Shown: positions 1 to 8,673 of the stretch, one piece after another | How the letters are laid out: each line of letters opens with the position of its first letter | How positions within the stretch are numbered: position 1 is the first letter of the stretch | Assembly (NCBI GenBank): GCA_050298055.1 | Contig: JBNKTL010000032.1 | Location: 1-54,363 of the forward strand | From: Spirochaetota bacterium | Lineage (GTDB): Bacteria > Spirochaetota > UBA4802 > UBA5550 | Reading direction: 5' to 3' | Length of the DNA stretch: 54,363 nt | The notes under the pieces: generated by a model | The model's input: only the letters and a program-made list of their open reading frames with translations | What the model was told of the DNA's origin: nothing | The model's database searches: none | Program-made: the position numbers and the translations under genes

Positions 1-86
1 ACGGCCCTTCTTTTTACCGGTCCGGTAAAGTGATTGACCGCGCCTGTGATAACAGGTACCATTAACGAAAAAAAGGAACATACCGT

Positions 87-1409
87 ATGTCATTCAGGGA
101 GAGATTCATTAACTTCATCAAAATCGCGTCGGGGAAGAAAGAATTATCGGAAATCTACTCGGAACGGACAGAAGGAGACCGGGAAACCGAAGAGACATCT
201 GAGACCGTCGGGGAAGCTCCTCACGATAAAATCCGGAAGGCAAAGGAAAAACTTAAAAATTTCCGCAAACCTGAAAACGGAGAAAAGGATGAAGACGCCC
301 ATAAGGAGGATGAACCCTCACAGCTGGGTGAAAAGATAGAAGACATAAAGGAGATGTTCGACCACGTCATCAGGCCGGAGGAGAGAAACTGGAAAAACTA
401 CCTGTCACCCTCTTTCTGGATGAAAAAATCCGACATCTACTCCAGGATACGGGAGAAAGAGAGGGATGACATGGATATCTACAATCTCCTCTCCCGGGGG
501 GCCATCCCTTCCGTAGAGTACTATGTTCTCACTGTTCTCTCCTGCGTCATTTCCACCATCGGCCTTATCCTGGGGGCAACCGCCGTGATTATCGGCGCCA
601 TGATTGTTGCTCCCCTCATGACACCGATCCTGGCTTTTTCCCTGGGTGTCATCTGGGGGGATATTGCCCTGATCAGGACGTCGGTCCAGTCGATTCTCAA
701 GGGTGTCTTCTGGGGGGTCGTCATATCGGCGGCCATCGCTTATCTTATCCCCCTCCCCACTCTTTCCCAGGAGATCATATCCAGGACCCACCCTTCACTC
801 TTTGACGTCCTTGTTGCCCTGGCCTCGGGAATTGTGGGGGCCTACGGGTACGCCAACAAGAGGATAAGCAATACCCTCATCGGGATCGCGATCGCCGTGG
901 CCCTCATGCCGCCCCTGTGCACCATCGGTATCGGTATCGGCATAAAAAGCTACGACGTGGTCTCCGGGGCCACGCTGCTCTTCTTCATTAACCTGATATC
1001 AATTAGTCTTGCCGGGGCAATTGTTTTCTGGACCATGAAGATACACCCCGTACTGGCGGACCAGGACCTGGTGGCAAAGAGGGCCATCTGGCAGATACTC
1101 ATATCACTGGCGATTCTTACGGGGATATCCGCCCCTGTGGGAGTATTCATGTACAGTGAATACATGGTCACCCAGGCAGAGAGGGACATAAGGGAAAAGA
1201 TCAGGGACGCATTTGCAGACCATTCAATATTCAGGATCAGCAGGTTAAAGCGGGAGGAGGAGAGTTCAATTGATGTTATTCTCACGGGAGTGAACCCTCC
1301 CGATCCCAAACAGTCCGCGGCACTGAAAAAGGAGCTTTTAAAAATCCACCCGGAGATAAAGGAGATCAGGATCAGTTTTATTAAAAGCGTCCCCGTGGGA
1401 AATGAGTAA
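87..1409 (+). CDS. DUF389/TIGR00341-family membrane protein with a charged N-terminal extension
   Basis: Motifs AVIIGAMIVAPLMTPI, DVLVALASG and GIAIAVALMPPL; multiple TM segments. Confidence 0.88.
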   Translation: MSFRERFINFIKIASGKKELSEIYSERTEGDRETEETSETVGEAPHDKIRKAKEKLKNFRKPENGEKDEDAHKEDEPSQLGEKIEDIKEMFDHVIRPEERNWKNYLSPSFWMKKSDIYSRIREKERDDMDIYNLLSRGAIPSVEYYVLTVLSCVISTIGLILGATAVIIGAMIVAPLMTPILAFSLGVIWGDIALIRTSVQSILKGVFWGVVISAAIAYLIPLPTLSQEIISRTHPSLFDVLVALASGIVGAYGYANKRISNTLIGIAIAVALMPPLCTIGIGIGIKSYDVVSGATLLFFINLISISLAGAIVFWTMKIHPVLADQDLVAKRAIWQILISLAILTGISAPVGVFMYSEYMVTQAERDIREKIRDAFADHSIFRISRLKREEESSIDVILTGVNPPDPKQSAALKKELLKIHPEIKEIRISFIKSVPVGNE

Positions 1410-1413
1410 CCGA

Positions 1414-2892
1414 CTACTTTTTGTAATTGTTCTTTATATAGTTGTCCATGAAAGCGTCCGGGTCCTTTACTGCCTCTTCTGTGACCGTGAAGCTTTCAAG
1501 TTTCAGAAGCCGTATCCCGTGAAAGTAGTCGTGGAACCTGCTGTCACATAGTTCTTTGATACCCACTCCCTCCTTCTCGGCCATTTCGGCAAGCCTTTCC
1601 ACCGCCTTCTTCTCAAAATCGAGAAAGATGCCATGCTCAATGAGGAATTCCTTCTGGTATCTTTCGATACTGTCCTTAACAACAATCTCTTTTAACACGG
1701 CCCCGGGATTTTCTATCAGTTTGCCGTCAACCTTCAGCTCTTTCACAGCAGTAGAGGGGAGTTTTTTCTCAAAGGAGATAAGGAGCTTTTCAAAAACACT
1801 CAAGAGGCCCCGGGCGCCGGTCTTCTCCCTGTGTGCCCTTTCGGCCAGGGTCCTGAGCGCGTCATCGCTGAACTCAAGGTTAATCCCGTAGGCCTTGAAG
1901 TCCATTTTCTTTCCCAGCACAACGGTACTGTACCGGTTTTTCAGTATCTTAAAGAGCCCCTCGACATCCAGGCTGTTGAGCACCACGTAGACGGGAAGCC
2001 GTCCCACAAACTCCGATTCAAAACCGAATTCGATCAGGTCCTCGGTCCTCACCTGTTTGAGCACATCCTGTTTATCATTCCCCGTGGCTCTCTCCTTATT
2101 AAAGCCAATGGCCTGCCTGTTCATTCTCCTGTTGATGATCTTATCAAGTTCATTAAAGGCCCCGGAAACAATGAAGAGAATATTCTTGGTGTTGATCTTC
2201 CTTCTGGAGACCTTACCTGTTTTCTGCGCCTCCATGGCCGCTTCAACCTGTGACGCCAGGTCGTGAGGCGTCTTGAGGTCTACCTCCGCCTCTTCCATGA
2301 GCTTCAGAAGGTTCCGCTGGACCCCTGTCCGGGAGACATCGGGCCCGTGCATGCTGCCGGAGGAAGCGATCTTATCGATCTCGTCAATGTATATGATCCC
2401 GTATTCAGCCCGGGTGATATCTCCGTCCGATTCATGAACAAGTTCACGGACAAGGTCCTCAACGTCTCCCCCCACATACCCGGTTTCACTGAACTTTGTG
2501 GCATCGGCCTTCACAAAGGGCACCCCGATCTTTTTGGCGATCAGTTTAATAATATATGTTTTCCCCACACCTGTGGGGCCAATGAGGAGGATATTGCTTT
2601 TTATGTTGCCCACAAGACGTTCCTCTTCGGTGAGTTCTTTTTCAAGGTTCATCCTGTTGAAATGCGTGCAGACCTTGGTGGCAATGACTTCCACGGTCTC
2701 TTTCTGGTCCACAACAAAGCGGTTGAGGTATTCTTCAAGCTCCTCAGGTTTAATATCAAAGTTAAATTCACCTTTCCTGGACTTACTGCTCGGTTTTTCT
2801 CCCACGGACTCCGGGTTCTGTTCCAGTTCCTCCGCTTCAAGTTTCAGGAGTTCATCCAGGTTTTTTTCCGGATCAAAATTTGGTTTTGTCAT
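1414..2892 (-). CDS. ClpX-like AAA+ ATPase (no N-terminal Zn-binding domain)
   Basis: Walker A GPTGVGKT, ADATKFSETGYVGGDVE, Walker B IYIDEIDK, IGF loop (QAIGF), sensor TGARGL. Confidence 0.9.
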   Translation of the reverse strand: MTKPNFDPEKNLDELLKLEAEELEQNPESVGEKPSSKSRKGEFNFDIKPEELEEYLNRFVVDQKETVEVIATKVCTHFNRMNLEKELTEEERLVGNIKSNILLIGPTGVGKTYIIKLIAKKIGVPFVKADATKFSETGYVGGDVEDLVRELVHESDGDITRAEYGIIYIDEIDKIASSGSMHGPDVSRTGVQRNLLKLMEEAEVDLKTPHDLASQVEAAMEAQKTGKVSRRKINTKNILFIVSGAFNELDKIINRRMNRQAIGFNKERATGNDKQDVLKQVRTEDLIEFGFESEFVGRLPVYVVLNSLDVEGLFKILKNRYSTVVLGKKMDFKAYGINLEFSDDALRTLAERAHREKTGARGLLSVFEKLLISFEKKLPSTAVKELKVDGKLIENPGAVLKEIVVKDSIERYQKEFLIEHGIFLDFEKKAVERLAEMAEKEGVGIKELCDSRFHDYFHGIRLLKLESFTVTEEAVKDPDAFMDNYIKNNYKK

Positions 2893-3060
2893 CTAAAATA
2901 TCCCTTTTTTGCTATTAGTCTACAAGTCTTGGGAAATATCCCCTTATAATTGTTACGCATTTATTATGGTTCCCATTACGAGGTATCAATATCAGGATAC
3001 CTCTCTTCTTTTAAACTCTTTGACCATCCATAATATAATCAAAAGATGATTTTAATACCA

Positions 3061-3125
3061 GTAATAAACAGTATCTCAATTTATTAAATAATATGTATTT
3101 TTTAACCGGAGAGCTGAGTAGCTAC
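3061..3125. repeat. Short degenerate copy of the MITE-like family (ends only)
   Basis: Starts gtaataaacag and ends agctgagtagctac, resembling the GTAACTACTCAGCT...AGCTGAGTAGTTAC ends of the copy at 51844-51983. Confidence 0.45.
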
Positions 3126-3157
3126 TCATTTTTTTTTAAAAAATTAAAAAAAAATGC

Positions 3158-3186
3158 TTGAAATATACTATACATTTATTTACTAT
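3158..3186 (+). promoter_or_regulatory. Putative sigma70 promoter
   Basis: TTGAAA-N17-TACTAT upstream of the small Zn-ribbon ORF. Confidence 0.45.
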
Positions 3187-3198
3187 ACACCTGTAGAT

Positions 3199-3336
3199 AT
3201 GAAAATGATAGTTAAAAATCAAAATATAAGAAAAAAGCAGAGTAACCAGTGCCCCGATTGCGGCAATACGATGATACCCGATTCCGGATGTTTTTACTGC
3301 AGAATGTGCGGTTTTTCTTACTGCTCACTCTCCTGA
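3199..3336 (+). CDS. Small zinc-ribbon protein resembling the C-terminal ribbon of class II ribonucleotide reductases
   Basis: CPDCG...GCFYCRMCGFSYC; start codon uncertain (3199 or 3205). Confidence 0.6.
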   Translation: MKMIVKNQNIRKKQSNQCPDCGNTMIPDSGCFYCRMCGFSYCSLS

Positions 3337-3374
3337 AGATCCCGGGAAAAAATATCGCTCAAGGAGACTCTTTT

Positions 3375-3620
3375 ATGAACCAGGCTGTATGTTTAAATCA
3401 GGAAAATATCATTGGAGTAGTGCTAAATGGTAAACAGAAAAAACAGTTTAATAATTATGAGGCTGCCGGAGAAAAAAGTCGAGATGCAGATTCACTTAAC
3501 AGAGGAGAAATATATCAGGATCATAAGACCTCTGAAGGCGCAGTCAACTCAATCCTCAGGACATTCAGGGGCAGAATTGTCGAAGAATCCTTTGATGAGT
3601 CATATCCATTAACAGCCTGA
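3375..3620 (+). CDS. Hypothetical protein
   Basis: AAGGAG RBS at 3361 before ATG 3375; followed by a strong hairpin. Confidence 0.6.
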   Translation: MNQAVCLNQENIIGVVLNGKQKKQFNNYEAAGEKSRDADSLNRGEIYQDHKTSEGAVNSILRTFRGRIVEESFDESYPLTA

Positions 3621-3637
3621 ACAGGAAATTACAATTC

Positions 3638-3669
3638 CCGCAGGCGGGGTCACGTGACCCCGCCTGCGG
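3638..3669. repeat. Perfect 32-bp palindrome (REP-like or terminator)
   Basis: ccgcaggcggggtcac|gtgaccccgcctgcgg. Confidence 0.8.
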
Positions 3670-3810
3670 AAAATAATTTTATCAAAATGCTAATGGTACA
3701 TTAAACAGCAAATTTAGGGAAAGAGCAATCCCCGTATTTTACTACCAAAACCCTAATACCCTACTACCCTGCCATACATATTGCTCTTTTCCTTGAATTG
3801 TAAATAAATA

Positions 3811-3864
3811 AGGGGCCGTCATTGTAGAGACGTTGCATGCAACATCTCTACAATGGCGGCCCCC
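3811..3864 (-). terminator. tRNA-Leu terminator hairpin with an embedded GTAG-type REP
   Basis: ggggccgtcattGTAGAGACGTTGCATGCAACATCTCTACaatggcggcccc, followed on the minus strand by a T-rich tract. Confidence 0.7.
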
Positions 3865-3870
3865 TGTATC

Positions 3871-3954
3871 TGCCGAAGGAGGGACTCGAACCCTCACAGG
3901 GTTGCCCCCGGCGGATTTTGAATCCGCTGCGTCTACCAGTTCCGCCACTTCGGC
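3871..3954 (-). tRNA. tRNA-Leu(CAA)
   Basis: GCCGAAGTGGCGGAACTGGTAGACGCAGCGGATT-CAA-AATCCGC...GTTCGAGTCCCTCCTTCGGCA; long variable arm; CCA not encoded. Confidence 0.97.
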
Positions 3955-4106
3955 TTATTTATTTAACATAACCAACGCTGAAACAAAAAACAATTAAAAA
4001 GACAGGGGCAACCGGGGCATGAGACAGTAACGGAGATAACCTGATAAGTCACAGGATACATTTATATTATGCATCTATTTTAATTATTATCGTGTGAGAA
4101 TTGTCT

Positions 4107-4523
4107 CTACTCAGGTTGAGGGATATCTTCTACCTCAATATATTTGCCCTTTGCCCTGGCAACAACCTTACCCATTTCATTTTCAATTTCAGCCCTGTTC
4201 TCAATTATCCGTTTGCTCTTTTTAACATACCATCCCCTGATATGGAGATTCTCATTAATAAAAGCAGGCTGGAGGTACCTGATTGTCAGTTCGCTTGTAA
4301 GCGCCATTGTTTCAAGGTATTTGTTTACCGTTATCATTGTTTCATCAAGAATAGCTGCAATGATCCCGGCATGAATGAGATTTGGAGGGCCTTCCAGTTT
4401 TTCATGGGCGGTAAATTCACCGTATGCAATCTTTGTTTCATCATCGAAGTCGAGGTCAAGCTGTAAACCGTATTCGTTTTCCTTGCCGCAACCGAAACAT
4501 ATTTTATCTTCAAATTCGATCAT
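4107..4523 (-). CDS. PaaI-family hotdog-fold thioesterase
   Basis: CFGCGKENEYGL, HAGIIAAILDE, LTIRYLQP; start moved to the ATG at 4523. Confidence 0.88.
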   Translation of the reverse strand: MIEFEDKICFGCGKENEYGLQLDLDFDDETKIAYGEFTAHEKLEGPPNLIHAGIIAAILDETMITVNKYLETMALTSELTIRYLQPAFINENLHIRGWYVKKSKRIIENRAEIENEMGKVVARAKGKYIEVEDIPQPE

Positions 4524-4588
4524 AAAACGTTTTTTAATTATAAATATCTCAGCTGTCAAGTACTTTTAGTCTTCACCTCCATCATATA

Positions 4589-4888
4589 CTAACTGTTATT
4601 TCTGTTTTTTATCCTGTCAATGATCAGGTCAACCTCATCCTGGTCCAGCCATTCATCGGCAAAATCTATCTCACTGTCCGTTACCATCAGGAACATTTCC
4701 AGGGCCATGATAATATCTTCTTTTGTCAGGATACCCTGGGTTACGAGTATTTCACCAATGAGCCTTTCAGGATTGTCCTTCTGCATTTCAAGAGCATCAT
4801 TAAGCTGTTCTTCGGTTATAATACTGTTTTTAACGAGAAACTCGCCTACTTTCATCTGCATGTCACCATTACCTTTTACCGAACTCAT
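4589..4888 (-). CDS. Stand-alone MshEN-like (putative c-di-GMP-binding) protein
   Basis: Tandem motifs KVGEFLVKNSIITEEQLNDALEMQ and LIGEILVTQGILTKEDI; GGAG upstream of ATG 4888. Confidence 0.7.
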   Translation of the reverse strand: MSSVKGNGDMQMKVGEFLVKNSIITEEQLNDALEMQKDNPERLIGEILVTQGILTKEDIIMALEMFLMVTDSEIDFADEWLDQDEVDLIIDRIKNRNNS

Positions 4889-5006
4889 TCTTTCCTCCAA
4901 CACACGCTGAATTGAGTTTTATACAGTTTTTTAAAATGTCAAGTTTAAAATGATTTGACGGCATGTCTAAAATAAAAAATATTAACATTATTCTATATAA
5001 TTTAAT

Positions 5007-5063
5007 GTCATAACTCAGCTATTTATAAACACGTTATATTTATCCATAGCGCTGAACAGTTTC
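5007..5063. repeat. Internally deleted mini-copy of the MITE-like family
   Basis: taactcagctat...tatccatagcgctgaacagtttc; both ends present, central hairpin absent. Confidence 0.55.
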
Positions 5064-5138
5064 AATTGAGTCATTAATTTATTGCCATATGAGAAGAGAG
5101 TTTATACCCTATTAGTAGAGATTCAAAAAGAAAAATAA

Positions 5139-5276
5139 TAATTACTCAGCTATGTATAAGAATAATCATATTTATTAAAAAAGATAACTGATATATCCCC
5201 GCCGCCGCAGGCGGCGGGGATATATTGCTGATATTTTAGTAAATAAATTGATTATAGTCATATAGCTGAATAGTAA
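5139..5276 (+). mobile_element. MITE-like repeat, full copy
   Basis: Terminal inverted repeats taattactcagctat/atagctgaatagtaa; central hairpin atatccccgccgcc-gca-ggcggcggggatat. Confidence 0.75.
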
Positions 5277-5310
5277 TGAAAAACATTGTTTTTTTGGATG
5301 ATGTAAGGAA

Positions 5311-5955
5311 GTGATTAAGAGAACTTACAGAGGGAAAAGACGAATAACAAGGATTTGTATTATTTTCACAGGAGTTCTTATATTCTCTTTGAGCGCACTT
5401 ATACTCAAAGCAAAAAAGAAGCCTGCATATGTGGGAGTAAAAGTCTGCAGGCAGTGTCACAATGAATCAAAGACACTGAACCAGTACAGAATCTGGCTGG
5501 GGTCCCCTCACGCGGGAGCTGTGAAAATACTCACAACATCCGAAGCATTAAAAATCGCCCAAAAGGTATCGGTAACAAAACCCTCGGAAAGCCTCGAATG
5601 CCTCAGGTGCCATACAACCGGCGGCGGAAGGAACAGCATTACAAAGGATGAGGGGGTGGGATGTGAATCCTGCCATGGTCCGGGAAGTTTATATTATGAG
5701 ATAAGCATGCATGTTGATTTCCAGTACAGGTTTAACGGGTACCTCAAGGCAAAGAGAAACGGGATGTATCCCATACTTAAATATGAAGAAAACCTGAAAA
5801 AAAGAGAAAAACTCTGCCTCTACTGCCATAAAAAAGAAAGACCCTGCTGGCCCACAACACGTTCTGAAATAAAGAGACAGACACTTTCAATCCAGAATAT
5901 CGATAAACTGCAAAAGGGCGATGTTAACTTCTACCACTCGCTTCGCAATTACTGA
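5311..5955 (+). CDS. Tetraheme c-type cytochrome (c554-like) with an N-terminal membrane anchor
   Basis: Four CxxCH motifs (CRQCH, CLRCH, CESCH, CLYCH), GVGCESCHGPGS. Confidence 0.9.
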   Translation: MIKRTYRGKRRITRICIIFTGVLIFSLSALILKAKKKPAYVGVKVCRQCHNESKTLNQYRIWLGSPHAGAVKILTTSEALKIAQKVSVTKPSESLECLRCHTTGGGRNSITKDEGVGCESCHGPGSLYYEISMHVDFQYRFNGYLKAKRNGMYPILKYEENLKKREKLCLYCHKKERPCWPTTRSEIKRQTLSIQNIDKLQKGDVNFYHSLRNY

Positions 5956-6926
5956 ACTCCTTCCTCCGGATTTACTTTAAGCCACTTCAGGCTTTCCGAG
6001 AGAATCATTATTCTTTTCAGTTCCTCCAGCTTATTATAAATCCCCGAGATCCTGTTTTCTGATAAAATGTTTTCCGTTTCAAAGATCTCCTCCCCGGAAA
6101 GATTATATATCTGCATCAGACTGCTGCTGTTGTAACATATGTTTTTTTCCAGGTCAACAAACCCGTTGAGTGCATTAACCACGGGAATGACCCTTTTTCT
6201 ATAGAGAATGTCCAGGAGAAACCCGTAGAGTTCTTCCGCGGAGAGGATCACTTTTGTTATCCTGTTAAGACCGGACCTCAGCTCATGAACAAACAGTCCC
6301 ACGTTCATATCCTTGAAGGTTATCACCGGGATCTTCTTTATCTGCCGGTCAATATATGATGACCTGATAAGTTTACCCAGGTCAAGGTTTTCTGTTCCCA
6401 GGTTGATAAGAATCATCTGCAGGCGCGCATCATCCAGGACCTCAAAGAGCGGATCGATACCGGGCAAAAAGAGAGGTTCAACATCAAACCGGTCCAGAAG
6501 CCGTCTCAGAAAGATTTTCACTGATGGGTTATCATTGACAACAGCTATTTTTTTCCTTTTCGGCCGGTTATTGCCGCTGATGTTTTCAATAAAGGACGCG
6601 ATCCTGTCCGGATCAGGGGAGGTAAATAAATCGGAAATTCCGGAATTGAAGAGAAAACTCTTTGTCTTCTCTGTGGGATTTTTACAGATAAAGAGGGGAT
6701 AGATATCACTGTGCAATGAAGCCAGGGTTTCCTGAAAAGATTCCGGTATCTTTTCACTCCATTCGGCAATAAGGTACCTGCTCTCACCTTTGTTTCCCCG
6801 GTTTTCCATTATATCAACATCATCTGAAACCAGGGGATAACTCAAAGTAGTGGGAGCAAACCCTCTTTCAGTCAAAAGGTTTTCAAGAATTGTGTTGCTG
6901 CCTGTGGAGAGAAAGATTTTTTTCAT
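5949..6926 (-). CDS. Hypothetical protein with degenerate receiver-like domains
   Basis: KIAVVNDNPS...MILINLG...IPVITF resembles a REC fold lacking the phosphoacceptor Asp. Confidence 0.6.
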   Translation of the reverse strand: MKKIFLSTGSNTILENLLTERGFAPTTLSYPLVSDDVDIMENRGNKGESRYLIAEWSEKIPESFQETLASLHSDIYPLFICKNPTEKTKSFLFNSGISDLFTSPDPDRIASFIENISGNNRPKRKKIAVVNDNPSVKIFLRRLLDRFDVEPLFLPGIDPLFEVLDDARLQMILINLGTENLDLGKLIRSSYIDRQIKKIPVITFKDMNVGLFVHELRSGLNRITKVILSAEELYGFLLDILYRKRVIPVVNALNGFVDLEKNICYNSSSLMQIYNLSGEEIFETENILSENRISGIYNKLEELKRIMILSESLKWLKVNPEEGVQ

Positions 6927-7127
6927 GATTAAGTAGATTATGTCTCATAAATATTTATTTCTTTTGATTCGTCAATGACTTTATTTTGTATTGGTATCCC
7001 CGTGACATCTATTTAATTATTGACTTATCCGGGTAACCGGACTACTATTCTGTTTACTCAAACGGTCAATGATGCCATGTGAAAATATGCTCATCAATGA
7101 GACCGGTAAAATTCCTGGAGGAGAATA

Positions 7128-7862
7128 ATGTCTGAATCATCATTTGATTTTCAAAAGTTCTTTGCAGATTCCCTGCAGATACTTATCAATCCCGCAGAAC
7201 ATTTTTCAAAGTTAAATAAAAGCGGCGGCCTGGGTGACCCGATTATCCGCGCTGTTCTTTACGGGATTATGGCGGGAATAATCAACTTCCTCTGGGGCTT
7301 TCTGAAACTTGCTCCCACAGGAAACTGGTTCGGCGGGATGGTCGGGAGCGGCATTGGTATTATGGCCCTTGTTTTTACCCTTATGGGATCTGTTATTCTC
7401 CTTTTTATCGGGGGAATTGTTGTTCTTATACTCTCGGCAATCTGCGGAGGCTCATCAGATTTTGAAGCAAGCACCAGGGTAGCGGCATCTGTTATGGTCG
7501 TTATGCCTCTCAGCGCCCTGATTGGAATAGCCTCGGGGTTTTCCTTTTATATCGGTTCTCTTATTTCTCTCTTAATAGCGCTCTATGGCATTTTTCTCAT
7601 GCACATGGGTATTATCCATGCGCTTAACGGCAAAAAGGCTGCCGCAAGGATTGCCGCCATTGTCCTCTCGGCATTCCCGGTTTTATTTATCCTGGGAACA
7701 CTGATGTGTGTGGAACGGGTGAAAAATATGTCGAAGGATACGAAAAAGTTCATGGAAAACCTTCCGGAATCCAACAGGGAGATGAAGGAGAAGTTCGACA
7801 GGCTCAAGAAGATGATGGAGGAAGCGAAAAAACAGAAAAAAGACCCTCAAGAAACAAAATGA
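7128..7862 (+). CDS. Yip1-domain membrane protein
   Basis: ILINPAEHFS...GG, five TM segments, GGxxDFEASTRVAA; RBS GGAGGAG. Confidence 0.8.
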   Translation: MSESSFDFQKFFADSLQILINPAEHFSKLNKSGGLGDPIIRAVLYGIMAGIINFLWGFLKLAPTGNWFGGMVGSGIGIMALVFTLMGSVILLFIGGIVVLILSAICGGSSDFEASTRVAASVMVVMPLSALIGIASGFSFYIGSLISLLIALYGIFLMHMGIIHALNGKKAAARIAAIVLSAFPVLFILGTLMCVERVKNMSKDTKKFMENLPESNREMKEKFDRLKKMMEEAKKQKKDPQETK

Positions 7863-7901
7863 AAAATTACGCAGGGCGAAGGGTGCCGCACAATATGAAG
7901 A

Positions 7902-8663
7902 TCACGGAGCAATCCCAAGAAAGTCTGCAAGTCCGTTAATTACGGTAAGGGGGTGGATGGGACAGCCGGGAATAAACAGGTCTATCCCATGCCTGCTTAT
8001 AAATTCCCTGTTACAGGCCGGAGAATCCCGGAAAACTCCCCCGTCTATGGCGCAGCTTCCCGCAAGTATCACGACCTTTGGCCCCGGAACGGACCGGAAG
8101 GCATCCTCAAGAGCTGATGACATGTTTTCCGAAACCGGGCCGGTAACCAGGAGGCCGTCCGCGTGCCTGGGTGATGCCACAAATTCAATACCGAATCTTC
8201 CCATATCGAAGTTGACATTCCCGCAGGCATTAAGTTCCCACTCGCAGCCGTTGCATCCCCCGGCGGAGACCTGCCTGAGCTTCAGGGACCTTCCGAACAA
8301 TCGCCTGATCTCTTTCCTGCAGAAGACAGCATCCTCATAAAACTTTTCCGCGCTTATACCGGCACCAACCCGCATTTTATCTCTTTTATCAACCGCGATC
8401 TTATAATTCTGAGTAAATTCTATGGCGCCGCCGGGACATAACCGCTGGCAGTCGCCGCAAAAGATACATTTCCCCATATCAAGGGTTAATGGTTTCCGGT
8501 TAATGGCCTTTACGGGGCAGACATCACTGCATATTCCGCAGTTGCTGCATTTCTCTTCAGAGAGACGCGGGAATCCCCGGAACGGGGGTTTTATTTCGGC
8601 ATTTCGTAAATCGGGTATTGCCTGGCAGCCGAGATTTATCCTGATATTCAGCAGTTTTTTCAT
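7902..8663 (-). CDS. ehrS: Ehr small subunit: 2[4Fe-4S] ferredoxin fused to a NuoB/HyfI-like domain
   Basis: CSNCGICSDVCP, CIFCGDCQRLCP, GGCNGCE, ASPRHAD, GSCA, IPGCP. Confidence 0.88.
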   Translation of the reverse strand: MKKLLNIRINLGCQAIPDLRNAEIKPPFRGFPRLSEEKCSNCGICSDVCPVKAINRKPLTLDMGKCIFCGDCQRLCPGGAIEFTQNYKIAVDKRDKMRVGAGISAEKFYEDAVFCRKEIRRLFGRSLKLRQVSAGGCNGCEWELNACGNVNFDMGRFGIEFVASPRHADGLLVTGPVSENMSSALEDAFRSVPGPKVVILAGSCAIDGGVFRDSPACNREFISRHGIDLFIPGCPIHPLTVINGLADFLGIAP

Positions 8664-8673
8664 TCACCGGCTC

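Noticed and set aside
1..15. acggcccttcttttt resembles the tail of the tRNA-Leu terminator hairpin
   Set aside because: Truncated by the window edge and too short to call
3164..3198. NrdR boxes upstream of the zinc-ribbon ORF
   Set aside because: Only a weak match to the NrdR palindrome consensus
3742..3948. 68-aa ORF MAELVDAADSKS...
   Set aside because: It is a translation of the tRNA-Leu gene and its terminator
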